From a bacterium (GTDB taxonomy: Bacteria > Zhuqueibacterota > Zhuqueibacteria > Residuimicrobiales > Krinioviventaceae), in NCBI GenBank assembly GCA_963693055.1, contig OY843751.1:64001-128000 (forward strand): a stretch of DNA of 64,000 nucleotides, given 5' to 3'. Both the position numbers and the translations under genes were made by a program. The notes under the pieces were generated by a model. It was not told the DNA's origin and made no database searches. It saw nothing but the letters and a program-made list of their open reading frames with translations. Shown here piece by piece: positions 37,340 to 48,229 of this stretch (position 1 is its first letter; each line of letters starts with the position of its first letter).

Positions 37340-37505
37340 GGTTTCACTACAGAACTATGTGGTTTATGTTTTTTCATGTCTTGAAAAACATGAAACTCTG
37401 TGCTAAAAAGTTGTTTTTGAGTTTGTTTTTTATTAGATTTATAGAGATATTTTTTTTATCTTTTGAGATTATAGTTATTCTTTGATTTGTAAACAGGATT
37501 CTTAT

Positions 37506-40127
37506 ATGACATCGAGTGAGATTCGCCAATCATTTTTAGATTTTTTTAAAAGCAAGCAGCACCACATTGTTAACAGCGCTCCGGTAGTACCGCAAGACGA
37601 TCCTACCTTGTTGTTTACCAATGCCGGTATGAACCAGTTTAAAGATATTTTTCTTGGCAGTCGACAAATTACCCACAGTCGTATTGCAGATTCACAAAAA
37701 TGTATTCGTGTGTCAGGAAAGCATAATGACCTTGAAGAAGTGGGTCGTGATACCTACCATCACACCTTTTTTGAAATGCTGGGAAACTGGTCTTTTGGTG
37801 ATTATTTTAAAGCGGAAGCTATAGAATGGGCCTGGGAACTCATAACCGATGTTTGGGGATTACCCAAAGATAAACTTTATGCTACGGTTTTCAGCGGTGA
37901 TGATAAAGATGGTGTGGAAGCAGATATAGAAGCTGAAAATGAATGGAAAAAACGTACCGATATTGACCATTCTCATATTATGAGATTTGATAAAAAAGAC
38001 AATTTCTGGGAAATGGGCGAAACCGGTCCCTGTGGCCCCTGTTCAGAGCTTCATATTGACCGGGGAGAAGGGTTTTGTGACAGCAAAGATCCCAATCATG
38101 TCTGTGAGGTAAACAGCGGTTGTGCACGCTATATTGAATTGTGGAACCTGGTTTTTATACAATATAATCGTGATGATGAAGGGAAACTCCATCTGTTGCC
38201 ATCCAAGCATGTGGATACAGGTGCAGGTTTTGAACGTCTTGTTGCAGTCATGCAAAACAAGAATTCCAATTATGATTCCGATGTCTTTACGCCTATTTTA
38301 GATGTTATTGCAAAAATAACAGGCGTTCCCTATAGTGACGGTGAAGAAGGTGTGGCGTTTCGTGTGCTTGCCGACCATATCCGTGCGCTTTCCTTTGCTA
38401 TTGCTGATGGAGCTATACCCAGCAATGACGGCCGGGGTTATGTTTTAAGAAGAATTTTAAGACGTGGTGCGCGTTTTGGCCGTGTGCTCAATATGCGCGA
38501 ACCGTTTATTTATAAATTGTTGGACCCACTGATAGAGGTAATGGGTTCTGCGTATCCGGAAATTGCGGAAAGAAAAGATTATATCGCCCGGGTGATCAAA
38601 GCAGAAGAAGAAAGCTTTGGCCGTACCCTTGATCGTGGAATTGAGCTGTTTGAGCAAAAAGCTGGTGCAGCCCAGTCTGCGGGCACAACAGTGTTCTCTG
38701 GTAAAGATGCGTTTTTACTGCATGATACCTATGGGTTCCCCCTTGATCTGACCGAGTTGATGGCAGAAGAAAAAGGATTGTCGGTAGATACCGAAGCGTT
38801 CAACAGTGAAATGGAACAACAGCGTGAACGTTCCGGCAAAGACCGCAAGCTGGTTTATGATACGATTCAGGTGGATGCCGGTGAAGAAAAATCCGAATTT
38901 GTAGGCTATATAAAGGACGAAACCGAAACTGAAATTTTGCATTATGAACAGGGCCGTATTGTACTGCGTCACAGTCCGTTTTATGCGGAATCCGGTGGTC
39001 AGGTAGGCGATACAGGGCATATTTTTAATGATCATTTCAAATTCAGGGTAGAGAATACCAAGAATATGGGTGAACATATCGTTCATATTGGAGAATTGGA
39101 AAGCGGTACACCGCCCAAGGCGGGTGATTCTGTATATGCCGAGATCAATATTGAAAAACGTCGTGCAACCGAGCGCAACCATACTGTAACCCATTTGCTG
39201 CACAAAGCGCTTCGTACCGTTTTAGGTGATCATGTTCATCAGGCAGGTTCGTTGGTACATCCGGATTATATGCGTTTTGACTTTACGCATTTTGAAAAAG
39301 TCAGTGATGAAGATATTAGAGAAATTGAATCCATTGTTAATCATAATATATTGGCAAACCGTGCTACAACCTGGCAGGTTATGAATATAGATAAAGCCAA
39401 AGAAATGGGCGCTATGGCTCTTTTTGGTGAAAAATATGGCGACGAGGTTCGTATGGTAGAGATTGACGGTTATTCCCGTGAATTGTGTGGGGGTACCCAT
39501 GTCAGAGCTACTGGAGAGATTGGTGAGTTTGTAATTACCACTGAAAGTGCGGTTGCCGCAGGTACACGCCGAATTGAATCTTTGACAGGTTTTAAGGCAT
39601 TCGAGTATCAGCGCCATAATCGCGAGTTGCTGAATGCAAGTGCGAGCACGCTTGGCTGTCCTCCGGACGAAACGCAGACGAGAATTCAGTCTCTGTTGGA
39701 AGAACGTAAAGCTATGGAGCAGGAATTAAAGTCACTGCGTGAGAAAGGTTCCAAAAACAGTATAGAAGACCTGTTGGCATCTGTTAAAGAGATAGAGGGT
39801 GTTAAAGTTGCGGTTGGTAAGTTGAATGTGAGCAGCGTAGACGAGCTGCGTGCAGCCGGCGACATCCTAAGAAACAGCCTGGGCTCGGGAGTAGGTGTGC
39901 TGGGCTCTGTAATAAATGACAAAGTAAACTTTTTGTGTATAGTTACCAAAGATGTGATTAATGCTCACCAGTTAAAAGCCGGTGATATTGTTAAAGAAGT
40001 TGCGGCTATTGCAGGTGGCAGCGGTGGTGGTAGTCCGCACATGGCTTTGGCCGGAGCCAAAGATGTAGAAAAATTGCAGGATGCTTTGCTTGAAACCGAA
40101 AGCATCGTTCGACGTAAATTATCCTAA
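37506..40127 (+). CDS. alaS: Alanine--tRNA ligase
   Basis: LLFTNAGMNQFK, FEMLGNWSFGDYFK, HTVTHLLH, ELCGGTH. Confidence 0.98.
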   Translation: MTSSEIRQSFLDFFKSKQHHIVNSAPVVPQDDPTLLFTNAGMNQFKDIFLGSRQITHSRIADSQKCIRVSGKHNDLEEVGRDTYHHTFFEMLGNWSFGDYFKAEAIEWAWELITDVWGLPKDKLYATVFSGDDKDGVEADIEAENEWKKRTDIDHSHIMRFDKKDNFWEMGETGPCGPCSELHIDRGEGFCDSKDPNHVCEVNSGCARYIELWNLVFIQYNRDDEGKLHLLPSKHVDTGAGFERLVAVMQNKNSNYDSDVFTPILDVIAKITGVPYSDGEEGVAFRVLADHIRALSFAIADGAIPSNDGRGYVLRRILRRGARFGRVLNMREPFIYKLLDPLIEVMGSAYPEIAERKDYIARVIKAEEESFGRTLDRGIELFEQKAGAAQSAGTTVFSGKDAFLLHDTYGFPLDLTELMAEEKGLSVDTEAFNSEMEQQRERSGKDRKLVYDTIQVDAGEEKSEFVGYIKDETETEILHYEQGRIVLRHSPFYAESGGQVGDTGHIFNDHFKFRVENTKNMGEHIVHIGELESGTPPKAGDSVYAEINIEKRRATERNHTVTHLLHKALRTVLGDHVHQAGSLVHPDYMRFDFTHFEKVSDEDIREIESIVNHNILANRATTWQVMNIDKAKEMGAMALFGEKYGDEVRMVEIDGYSRELCGGTHVRATGEIGEFVITTESAVAAGTRRIESLTGFKAFEYQRHNRELLNASASTLGCPPDETQTRIQSLLEERKAMEQELKSLREKGSKNSIEDLLASVKEIEGVKVAVGKLNVSSVDELRAAGDILRNSLGSGVGVLGSVINDKVNFLCIVTKDVINAHQLKAGDIVKEVAAIAGGSGGGSPHMALAGAKDVEKLQDALLETESIVRRKLS

Positions 40128-40153
40128 GAAACGCCGAAAGGACCAGATAAGAA

Positions 40154-40903
40154 TTGAAGGTCATTGAAAAGCTCCTTCAGGTAAAAGAGCAAAGAGGCGG
40201 CGGCTATTTTGTTCTCATAGATCCTGACAAGCAGGAAATCAGTGAAGCAGTAGCACTGGCCCAAAAATGTGAATCCGCCGGTGTTGATGCCCTGTTGGTT
40301 GGGGGCAGTCTGTTATTTAAAAATTGTTTTGATGAGCTGATACAGGCAATTAAAGCAGAATGTAATTTGCCGCTTATAATTTTCCCTGGCAGTACACGCC
40401 AATTGTCTCCATACGCGGATGCAGTTTTGTTTTTGTCTCTGGTTAGCGGCAGAAATCCGCATCGCCTGATAGGTGAGCAGGTTATGGCAGCACCTATCAT
40501 CAAATCCATGGATCTGGAAACAATTTCTACAGCATACATGTTTGTAGAATCCGGGAATATGACAACCGCGCAATTTATCAGTGACACGCGTCCATTACCG
40601 CGTGAAAAACCGGATATAGCCATAGCGCATGTGCTGGCTTCTGAATTTTTAGGAATGCGTTTGGCATACCTGGAAGCTGGCAGTGGTGCAAAATATTCGG
40701 TACCCGAAGAAATGATCAAGATTATTGGTAAATATAGTAATATGCCATTAATTGTTGGCGGGGGAATTCGAAAACCGGAAGATGCCCGGAATAAAATACT
40801 TGCTGGTGCCAGTTTTATTGTAACAGGCAATGTTCTGGAAAATAACCAGGACCCGGAATTAATAAAAGCTTTTGCTGACGCCATACATTATAAAGAAAAT
40901 TAA
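40154..40903 (+). CDS. Geranylgeranylglyceryl/heptaprenylglyceryl phosphate synthase (group II-like)
   Basis: LIDPDK, LVGGS, FPG, SLVSGRNP, YLEAGSGA, IVGGGIR, VTGN. Confidence 0.9.
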   Translation: MKVIEKLLQVKEQRGGGYFVLIDPDKQEISEAVALAQKCESAGVDALLVGGSLLFKNCFDELIQAIKAECNLPLIIFPGSTRQLSPYADAVLFLSLVSGRNPHRLIGEQVMAAPIIKSMDLETISTAYMFVESGNMTTAQFISDTRPLPREKPDIAIAHVLASEFLGMRLAYLEAGSGAKYSVPEEMIKIIGKYSNMPLIVGGGIRKPEDARNKILAGASFIVTGNVLENNQDPELIKAFADAIHYKEN

Positions 40904-40919
40904 AGTATAGAAAAATATT

Positions 40920-41708
40920 TTGATAGATACACACTCACACGTGATTGCCCATTGGGATGACGGTGCGCCAAACTGGGAAGTATCTCTGGATATGCTGCGA
41001 CAGGCGCAAAAAGATGGTATTACCGAGATCGTTTGTACTCCGCATTTTTTATCACAAGCCGATCTGGATCGGGAAGAAGAAATTTGGGCCTTGTATGAAG
41101 AACTGGTAGAACACGCCAGATCTGAAAATATCCCCATTACCATTCATATGGGTGGTGAATTATATTTACAGCCTGAATTGAAACTGGATCAAAAGGTTAG
41201 TACCTTTGCGCAAAATGGCAGGTATTTTTTGGTCGAGTTTCCCATGGCCTTGATACCGGATCATGCTCCGCAGATGTTTTTCAATTATTTGATGGATGGT
41301 AATACACCTGTGTTGGCACATCCGGAACGAAATGGTGGATTTATAGAGTCTCCCGACAAGGCTTATGATTTTGTAGAGCGAGGAACATTACTGCAGGTTA
41401 CGGCTGGTAGTCTGCTGGGCAATTTCGGATCTCAAGTTAAAAATCTGGCATTTAAATTATTGGATGCCAATCTGGTTCATGTTGTAGCAACTGACGCACA
41501 CAATCTTACATCCCGACCTTTGTTATTAAAAAGTGCTTACAATCTGGTAGCCGAAACCTGGGGAACTGATCGTGCTGAATTGTTGTTTAATATAAATCCT
41601 AAAAAGCTGATACAGGGCCAGGATATTTCCATTGGAGATGCAAAACCGGTAGCAGAAGAGGCCAACAAAGGATTCAGTAGTAAATTACGATCATTGTTCT
41701 CCAAATAG
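40920..41708 (+). CDS. CpsB/CapC-family PHP tyrosine-protein phosphatase
   Basis: IDTHSH, DDGA, TPH, AHPER, ATDAH. Confidence 0.9.
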   Translation: MIDTHSHVIAHWDDGAPNWEVSLDMLRQAQKDGITEIVCTPHFLSQADLDREEEIWALYEELVEHARSENIPITIHMGGELYLQPELKLDQKVSTFAQNGRYFLVEFPMALIPDHAPQMFFNYLMDGNTPVLAHPERNGGFIESPDKAYDFVERGTLLQVTAGSLLGNFGSQVKNLAFKLLDANLVHVVATDAHNLTSRPLLLKSAYNLVAETWGTDRAELLFNINPKKLIQGQDISIGDAKPVAEEANKGFSSKLRSLFSK

Positions 41709-41754
41709 CAACATTCGGGTACCTGTTATTTTGATTTAAATTATGTAGGTAAAA

Positions 41755-43830
41755 TTGAACTTTATAAATCCCGGTATATTAATTGGTTTAATAGCCGCTT
41801 CCATTCCACTACTTATTCATTTTTTAAACCGCTCCCGTTCAAGGAACATACCGTTCAGTACGCTGAGTTTTCTCAAAGAGTTGCAGCAACAAAAGATCAA
41901 AAGGTTAAAGATCAAGCAATTGCTGCTTTTGATTATTCGTACTTTGATCATCTTGTTGCTTGTGCTGGCATTTGCCAGACCCACATTACAGGGCACTTTG
42001 TCGGGTGTGCTTGAAAGTAATGCCAAGTCGAGTTTGGCTGTTATACTGGATAATTCATACAGCATGAACGCAGTTGCAGAAACCCAGTCTTTGCTGGATC
42101 GTGCAAAAATTAAAGCAGAAGCATTGGTTGCGTCCATTCAGCAGGGAGACAATGCCTATTTTGTTTCTGTAACGGATACATCTCAGGCATTAGAAGGAGG
42201 CAAGCGACCGGGAGAATTTATATCGGAAAAGATTGAATCCCTGCAGCCGGGATACAAGACCGGTAATTTATCTGCTGCAATACAAAAAGCGCACAGTTTG
42301 CTGCAACAATCGCGTGACGTGAATAAAGAAATTTATATTTTTTCAGACCTGCAAAGCTTTACAATTGCACAAGACACTGTATCTATTCATGATGCGTCTG
42401 TAAATGCTTTCGCAATACCCGTTCGCTCCAGCTCTATCCATAACATTGGCATTAAAAATTTAAATATAATTTCAACAATGCTTGAAAAAGAAAAGCTGGT
42501 AGAATTGCAGGTCGAGTTTTTTAATTCCGGCAAGCATGCAACAGAGAATACATTGGCTGAGCTGTTTGTCAATGATGAAAAAGCCGCGCAAACTCTATTG
42601 CAATTACAGCCAAATGTTTCTGCGGTTGAAACATTCAAGTTTGTGTTGAACAAGGCGGGATTTATCAATGGTTGTGTCAAACTTGAAGATGATGATCTCG
42701 CTATGGATAACAACCGATATTTTTCAATCTATGTGCCGGAACAGATAAAAGCAGGTCTGGTTTATACAAATCCCAAAGATGCTGATCTGCTAACAATGGC
42801 CTTGAATCCCAGATATGTTGAAATGAACAGATTTGCTTTGGATATGATCAATAGCAGTGATTTCTCAACAAGCCGAATTTCCGGTTACGATGTGTTGGTG
42901 CTGGTAGATATCATGACTGTACCCAACAATATGGTTGATAAGATTTATACATTTGTTCAGAATGGTGGTGGTTTGGTTTTGGTGTTGGGTCCCCATACTG
43001 ATATTCAGGCTTTTAATCGATTTTTAGCACAATTGCGGTTACCCAATATTAAATCAAGTATAGGAAACAGTATTTCTACAGAGTATACTAGCTTTTCTTT
43101 GGGTGCAATGGATTTTTCTCATCCCCTGTTTTATGGTATGTTTGAGAATGTTAATACAGATTTTGATAAACCGCGTTTTGGATACGCGAATGTGATGGAT
43201 GTAAACCAATCATTTGAACGTATATTTGATTTCAGTACAGGTGATCCCTATTTGTTTAAAAAAACTTTGGGTGAGGGGACAATTTTGGTATTGACCAGCG
43301 GGTTGCAGCCAGATATAACAGATTTATCACGACGAACACTGTTTGCTCCATTAATGAACCGTATTGTTCAATATGCAGGGTCAAAATATAAAACAGATTC
43401 GCTTTCAACAATGGTGGGTGGGGTCTTGCGTACTTTGCTTGCGGTTGAACATGTTCAGGAAAAGTTGGAAATAAAACGCCCGGATGGCAGCTTTGACCGT
43501 ATAGAACCGGTTGTTCATGCATCGGGACCCCGCGTAGAGTATACAGAGACAAATGAACCGGGTATATATGAGCTCTTGGCAAACAATCAAACATTGTGGA
43601 ATTGGGCGGTTAATACGGATTCCCGCGAATCAGATCTTGAGCCAGTAGATGAAAAAGAGATGGAAAGCCGTTTCGGTGTAAAGTTTGTGGATGAAAATGC
43701 TGATATTTCAACGTTTATGTATCAGAACCGTTATGGTGTGGAATTGTGGTTTTATTTTGTTCTGGCAGCCTTGGTGCTTATTGTTATAGAAATGCTGTTG
43801 TTTAAAAGTCGATCAAGTCTGGAAGAATAA
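41755..43830 (+). CDS. BatA N-terminal domain / vWA / glutamine-amidotransferase-like membrane protein
   Basis: IPLLIHFLNR..FSTL.FL..LAFARP, LDNSYSM (MIDAS), SDLQ, DNNRY, ESDL, C-terminal TM. Confidence 0.85.
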   Translation: MNFINPGILIGLIAASIPLLIHFLNRSRSRNIPFSTLSFLKELQQQKIKRLKIKQLLLLIIRTLIILLLVLAFARPTLQGTLSGVLESNAKSSLAVILDNSYSMNAVAETQSLLDRAKIKAEALVASIQQGDNAYFVSVTDTSQALEGGKRPGEFISEKIESLQPGYKTGNLSAAIQKAHSLLQQSRDVNKEIYIFSDLQSFTIAQDTVSIHDASVNAFAIPVRSSSIHNIGIKNLNIISTMLEKEKLVELQVEFFNSGKHATENTLAELFVNDEKAAQTLLQLQPNVSAVETFKFVLNKAGFINGCVKLEDDDLAMDNNRYFSIYVPEQIKAGLVYTNPKDADLLTMALNPRYVEMNRFALDMINSSDFSTSRISGYDVLVLVDIMTVPNNMVDKIYTFVQNGGGLVLVLGPHTDIQAFNRFLAQLRLPNIKSSIGNSISTEYTSFSLGAMDFSHPLFYGMFENVNTDFDKPRFGYANVMDVNQSFERIFDFSTGDPYLFKKTLGEGTILVLTSGLQPDITDLSRRTLFAPLMNRIVQYAGSKYKTDSLSTMVGGVLRTLLAVEHVQEKLEIKRPDGSFDRIEPVVHASGPRVEYTETNEPGIYELLANNQTLWNWAVNTDSRESDLEPVDEKEMESRFGVKFVDENADISTFMYQNRYGVELWFYFVLAALVLIVIEMLLFKSRSSLEE

Positions 43831-43873
43831 CAAATTGATTGATCGCTGAAATTTATGTAATAATGAGGTTTTA

Positions 43874-45166
43874 TTGCAAAATACAATGATATTTAATCGG
43901 GAGCGGGCCATAGTAGTTGGGCTGGTTCGTTATGGACAGCGTCGCTCTCAGGTGGATGATTATCTGGATGAACTCGAGTTGCTGGCAGATACTGCAGGTG
44001 CTGAAGTTCTTGAAAGGGTAGTGCAGGAGCGCACCAAAATGGACCCTGCATATATGCTGGGACGTGGTAAAATTGAAGAAGTGGCAAATATTGCCAAATA
44101 TATCAATGCGGATATTATCATCTTTGATGATGACCTGTCACCCGCACAGGTAAAAAATATTGAAAACATGACCAAGCTGAAAATATTAGATAGAAGCGGT
44201 CTTATTCTGGATATTTTTGCCAAACATGCGCGTACACGTGAAGCGCGTACACAGGTGGAACTGGCCCAGTTGAATTATTTTCTTCCCCGATTAACACGAC
44301 AATGGACGCACTTGTCCAGACAGGTGGGTGGTATTGGTGTAAGAGGCCCTGGTGAAACCCAGCTTGAAGTGGACCGTCGATTGATCCGCAAGCGTATCAG
44401 TGTGCTTGAGGAAGAGCTGGAACGTATTAAAAAACAACGTGACAATCGTCGTAAAAAGCGAAACGAGCTGTTCAAAGCTGCGTTGGTTGGCTATACCAAT
44501 GCCGGTAAATCTACCATGATGAATGCTTTGACTGGTGCGGGCACACTAGTGCGAGACCAGTTGTTTGCAACGCTGGACTCTACCATCCGTAATCTTGACA
44601 TCTCGGAACACAGAAACATGCTGCTGATTGATACAGTGGGATTTATTAGAAAATTACCCCATCATTTGGTGGCCTCTTTTAAAAGCACCCTTGAAGAAGT
44701 TTCCGAAGCCGATCTGTTGCTGCATGTGATTGATATTTCTTCTCCTGATTTTATGGACCAGATTACTGTAGTAGAGAAAGTTCTGGAGGAAATGGGAGTT
44801 AAGGGTAAACCTGTTCTCAAAGTCTTTAATAAAATTGACCTGCTGGACGATTCCGCTATCATTGATAAATTGAAATTGACCGAAGAGCCTTGTGTGTTTG
44901 TCTCAGCAGAGCGGGGCATCTATTTGCATGAGCTTGAGGCCAAAGTTTTAGAATTTGCAGAGAAAAATACCAGGGCTATGGAGCTGGTTCTGGATTCGCA
45001 CCAAACACGACTGATTTCGCAATTGCATGAATTGGGAGATGTCTCTGATATTGAATATACTGAGGACAATAAAGCAATTGTGAAATTAATAGCGTCTCCT
45101 GCCAATGCCAGTCGAATAGACAGGCTGGTAGAGCAGGACGGACAAGAACCAGGTGTTATGCAATGA
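43874..45166 (+). CDS. hflX: GTPase HflX
   Basis: GPGETQLE, VGYTNAGKST, LFATLD, DTVGFI, NKID; start may be the ATG at 43886. Confidence 0.97.
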   Translation: MQNTMIFNRERAIVVGLVRYGQRRSQVDDYLDELELLADTAGAEVLERVVQERTKMDPAYMLGRGKIEEVANIAKYINADIIIFDDDLSPAQVKNIENMTKLKILDRSGLILDIFAKHARTREARTQVELAQLNYFLPRLTRQWTHLSRQVGGIGVRGPGETQLEVDRRLIRKRISVLEEELERIKKQRDNRRKKRNELFKAALVGYTNAGKSTMMNALTGAGTLVRDQLFATLDSTIRNLDISEHRNMLLIDTVGFIRKLPHHLVASFKSTLEEVSEADLLLHVIDISSPDFMDQITVVEKVLEEMGVKGKPVLKVFNKIDLLDDSAIIDKLKLTEEPCVFVSAERGIYLHELEAKVLEFAEKNTRAMELVLDSHQTRLISQLHELGDVSDIEYTEDNKAIVKLIASPANASRIDRLVEQDGQEPGVMQ

Positions 45167-46521
45167 ACATTCTAGTAGCTGATGACGAGAAAAACATATG
45201 TGAATCGTTAAAATGGCTGCTTGGCCGTGAGGGCCATCAGGTTGAAACCTGTAACTCGGGAGAAGAAGCGGTAGAGATTGCCCGAACCCGAAATTTTGAC
45301 ATTGCATTTCTGGATGTGATGATGGGTGAGATGAGCGGTATTGAAGCGTTAAAAGAAATATTGGGGATACAACCCGCATTGATTGTTTTCATGATCTCCG
45401 GCAATGCGGATATTGCCACAGCGGTGCAGGCTACCAAGTTGGGTGCATATGATTTTATGGAAAAACCGCTGAATCCTGATAAAGTTATTTTAGAACTGAA
45501 AAAGATCAAAGAGCAATCGGTCATCCGTGACCGCATGAAAGAGCTTGAAAAGCTGGTAGATCTGGACCATCAAATGCTTGGCGAGACGCTTGTAATGCGT
45601 GAATTGCGCAAAACCATTGAACAGGCCGCGCCCAGCGATGGAAGGATTTTAATTTATGGTGAAAACGGCAGCGGTAAAGAACTGGTTGCCCGTGAGATCC
45701 ATTATAAAAGTTTGCGTAAAAAAGGTCCGTTTGTGCAATTGAATTGCGCAGCATTCCCCAAAGATTTGATAGAAAGTGAGCTGTTTGGTTATGAAAAGGG
45801 CGCATTTACAGGCGCTGCACGCCAAAAGATTGGATTAATTGAATCTGCTGAAGGCGGAACGCTGCTATTGGATGAAGTGGGTGACATGCCTCTTGAAACC
45901 CAGGTAAAACTGCTTCGGGTTTTGCAGGAAAATGAGTTTTTTAGGCTGGGTGGAACAAGGCCCATTAAGTTCAATGTGCGCATTATTTCCGCAACCAATA
46001 AGGATCTTTTGAAAGAGATTGAACAGGAACGATTTCGGGAAGATTTGTACTTTCGTCTGAATGTGGTGCCCATCACCGTGCCTCCATTAAAAGACAGGGT
46101 GCAGGATATACCTATTTTGGCAAAGCATTTTATGCGGATCTATTCGGTCAGGAATGGTAAAAAAGATAAAGAGATCAGTCCATCTGCTATTGCAGAATTG
46201 ATGTTATATCCCTGGCCGGGCAATATACGGGAACTCAGGAATACCATTGAGCGTTTAGCAATCATGAATCCGTCGGATATTATTGAAGCAGCCGATATTC
46301 AAACAGCCCTGGGAGACATATCCGTTCGGGAAAAAGAGATTGAAATCAAAAATGTTTCATTAAAGCTTTCATTAAAGCAGCAAATGATGGATTTTGAAAA
46401 ACGTGTACTGATGGACGCTCATTCAAAATACAAGGGAAATGTGAGCAAGATTGCCAAGGTTTTGGATACTGATCGGGCCAATTTACACAAAAAGTTGAAA
46501 AAGTATGGAATCAAAGATTAG
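45163..46521 (+). CDS. Sigma-54-dependent response regulator (REC-AAA+-HTH, NtrC/NtrX family)
   Basis: DDE, LDVMM, GENGSGKE, ESELFG..GAFTGA, WPGNIREL, C-terminal HTH. Confidence 0.93.
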   Translation: MNILVADDEKNICESLKWLLGREGHQVETCNSGEEAVEIARTRNFDIAFLDVMMGEMSGIEALKEILGIQPALIVFMISGNADIATAVQATKLGAYDFMEKPLNPDKVILELKKIKEQSVIRDRMKELEKLVDLDHQMLGETLVMRELRKTIEQAAPSDGRILIYGENGSGKELVAREIHYKSLRKKGPFVQLNCAAFPKDLIESELFGYEKGAFTGAARQKIGLIESAEGGTLLLDEVGDMPLETQVKLLRVLQENEFFRLGGTRPIKFNVRIISATNKDLLKEIEQERFREDLYFRLNVVPITVPPLKDRVQDIPILAKHFMRIYSVRNGKKDKEISPSAIAELMLYPWPGNIRELRNTIERLAIMNPSDIIEAADIQTALGDISVREKEIEIKNVSLKLSLKQQMMDFEKRVLMDAHSKYKGNVSKIAKVLDTDRANLHKKLKKYGIKD

Positions 46522-46530
46522 GGGTAGGGA

Positions 46531-48222
46531 ATGAAATTGCATAGGCTGCAAAAATTACTGATTTTGTGTTTGTTGTTCATGATGAGTATTTCATCTGTAG
46601 CATTTGCTTCGTATCGAATACGTGAGACCAATCGACATTACGAGGAGGGTGATTGGATTACCTATTCTTCAACACGGTTTGTTCGTCATGTGTCTGTAGG
46701 TGAGCAGTATGTTTATTTTTCAACAACCGGGGGCATAACCCGTTATAATTATTTCAGCGAAAAGTGGGAAACTCCCTATACCATCAGCAATGGATTGGCT
46801 GATCAGAATATATTTATAACCGCATTGGATCTTTCAACGGGTTTTTTATGGTGTGTAAGAGAAACCGGAATCAGCTACATGGAACCGGCAACGCATCGCT
46901 GGTTTAATACTTTTTATGATGAAATGCCGGTCGATTTTGATCAAAAAGCAATAGCTTTGGGTTTTGGCAATCACAATGTATATATTATGACCCCAGACCG
47001 CAATATTTATGTAACCAACAATACCATGCTGGCGTTTTTTAAAGAATCCGATAATGTGCAAAATTTTGACAACTTTACAAACCAAAATAATATAGAGTGG
47101 CAATGGCTGCATGAAAACAAACGCACCAAACTGAATTACATGTTTATGGATAATGGCTACTTTTTTAATGAAAAAGATTTGTTGATCAAAGATTTGCAGT
47201 TTAGAGAGTACCCCATAACGGCCTGGGCGTTTGACCGTTGGAATAAAGTCTGGCTGGGTACCTGGGGTCTTGGTGCCGGTAAAGGAGATGTTTTAACACA
47301 GCGCCTTGAAATGCTGAATTATGGACTTTGGGATCAGAATGTTGATGCCATCTATCGGGATCAGGATTCGTTTTGGTTGGGCGGCATTCAGGAAGAACGA
47401 AATGCTGTTACCCGTTTTGACCCGAAAGCGCAGGAATCTACATTTTATGAAGAATATTTGTTTACCGGTTTTGATAATGCGCAAGTGACTTCTATTGCCA
47501 GTGATAGGGATTTTGTCTGGTTTGGTACCGAAAACGGGCTCATTCGTCATAATCGGGATCGTGATAATTGGCGTACGTTAAATTCGTCTGACAATCTGGT
47601 AGATAATTACGTTCATGATGTTATTACCGATGAAGACCATGTCTGGGTGGCAACTGATGAGGGTGTGTCTTACTTGAGCCGGAACAGTTCCGGGTATTAT
47701 AACGACAAGCTAACCCATCTTAATTATCCCGCATTGCGCAACTTGGTCATTTATGATATTGAGCAGCAATATAATCTCTTGTGGCTTGCCACAGAGTTTG
47801 GAATATATGTACATGATACTATATCTGACTCAGGCGGATTTTATTCGGGAGCGGTAGGACCGGCAGATCGGGCAACATACGCGGTATCTGTTTTTGAAAA
47901 CCAGGTCTGGTTCGGTACGGACGAAGGTATTTCAGCATTTGATGTAGATAAAAATGACTGGCTTGATCCTCCGGCCCGGTTGTATCAGACACGTGGAAAC
48001 ATCAACCGCATTGCTGCCGATAAAAAAGCGGTTTGGGTGGCAACTGATGAGGGTGTGTTAAAATTTGACCGTGAACGTCAATATTGGGTACAATATACTA
48101 TGGAAGATGGGCTGCCCTCTGATCTGGTTCTGTCTCTATACCTGGATGGTGATTATATCTGGTTTGGTACCGATAACGGCTTAACGCGATTTTATTGGAA
48201 TTCACCATACCGGGTGGATTGA
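46531..48222 (+). CDS. Secreted beta-propeller protein (Reg_prop-like repeats)
   Basis: Signal peptide; repeated VW(F/V)(G/A)T..G(L/V/I) blades; YT..DGLPS. Confidence 0.8.
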   Translation: MKLHRLQKLLILCLLFMMSISSVAFASYRIRETNRHYEEGDWITYSSTRFVRHVSVGEQYVYFSTTGGITRYNYFSEKWETPYTISNGLADQNIFITALDLSTGFLWCVRETGISYMEPATHRWFNTFYDEMPVDFDQKAIALGFGNHNVYIMTPDRNIYVTNNTMLAFFKESDNVQNFDNFTNQNNIEWQWLHENKRTKLNYMFMDNGYFFNEKDLLIKDLQFREYPITAWAFDRWNKVWLGTWGLGAGKGDVLTQRLEMLNYGLWDQNVDAIYRDQDSFWLGGIQEERNAVTRFDPKAQESTFYEEYLFTGFDNAQVTSIASDRDFVWFGTENGLIRHNRDRDNWRTLNSSDNLVDNYVHDVITDEDHVWVATDEGVSYLSRNSSGYYNDKLTHLNYPALRNLVIYDIEQQYNLLWLATEFGIYVHDTISDSGGFYSGAVGPADRATYAVSVFENQVWFGTDEGISAFDVDKNDWLDPPARLYQTRGNINRIAADKKAVWVATDEGVLKFDRERQYWVQYTMEDGLPSDLVLSLYLDGDYIWFGTDNGLTRFYWNSPYRVD

Positions 48223-48229
48223 GAGGCAA

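Noticed and set aside
40204-40884. 226-aa antisense ORF (likewise 29992-30615 and 60467-61123)
   Set aside because: Shadows of well-supported housekeeping genes
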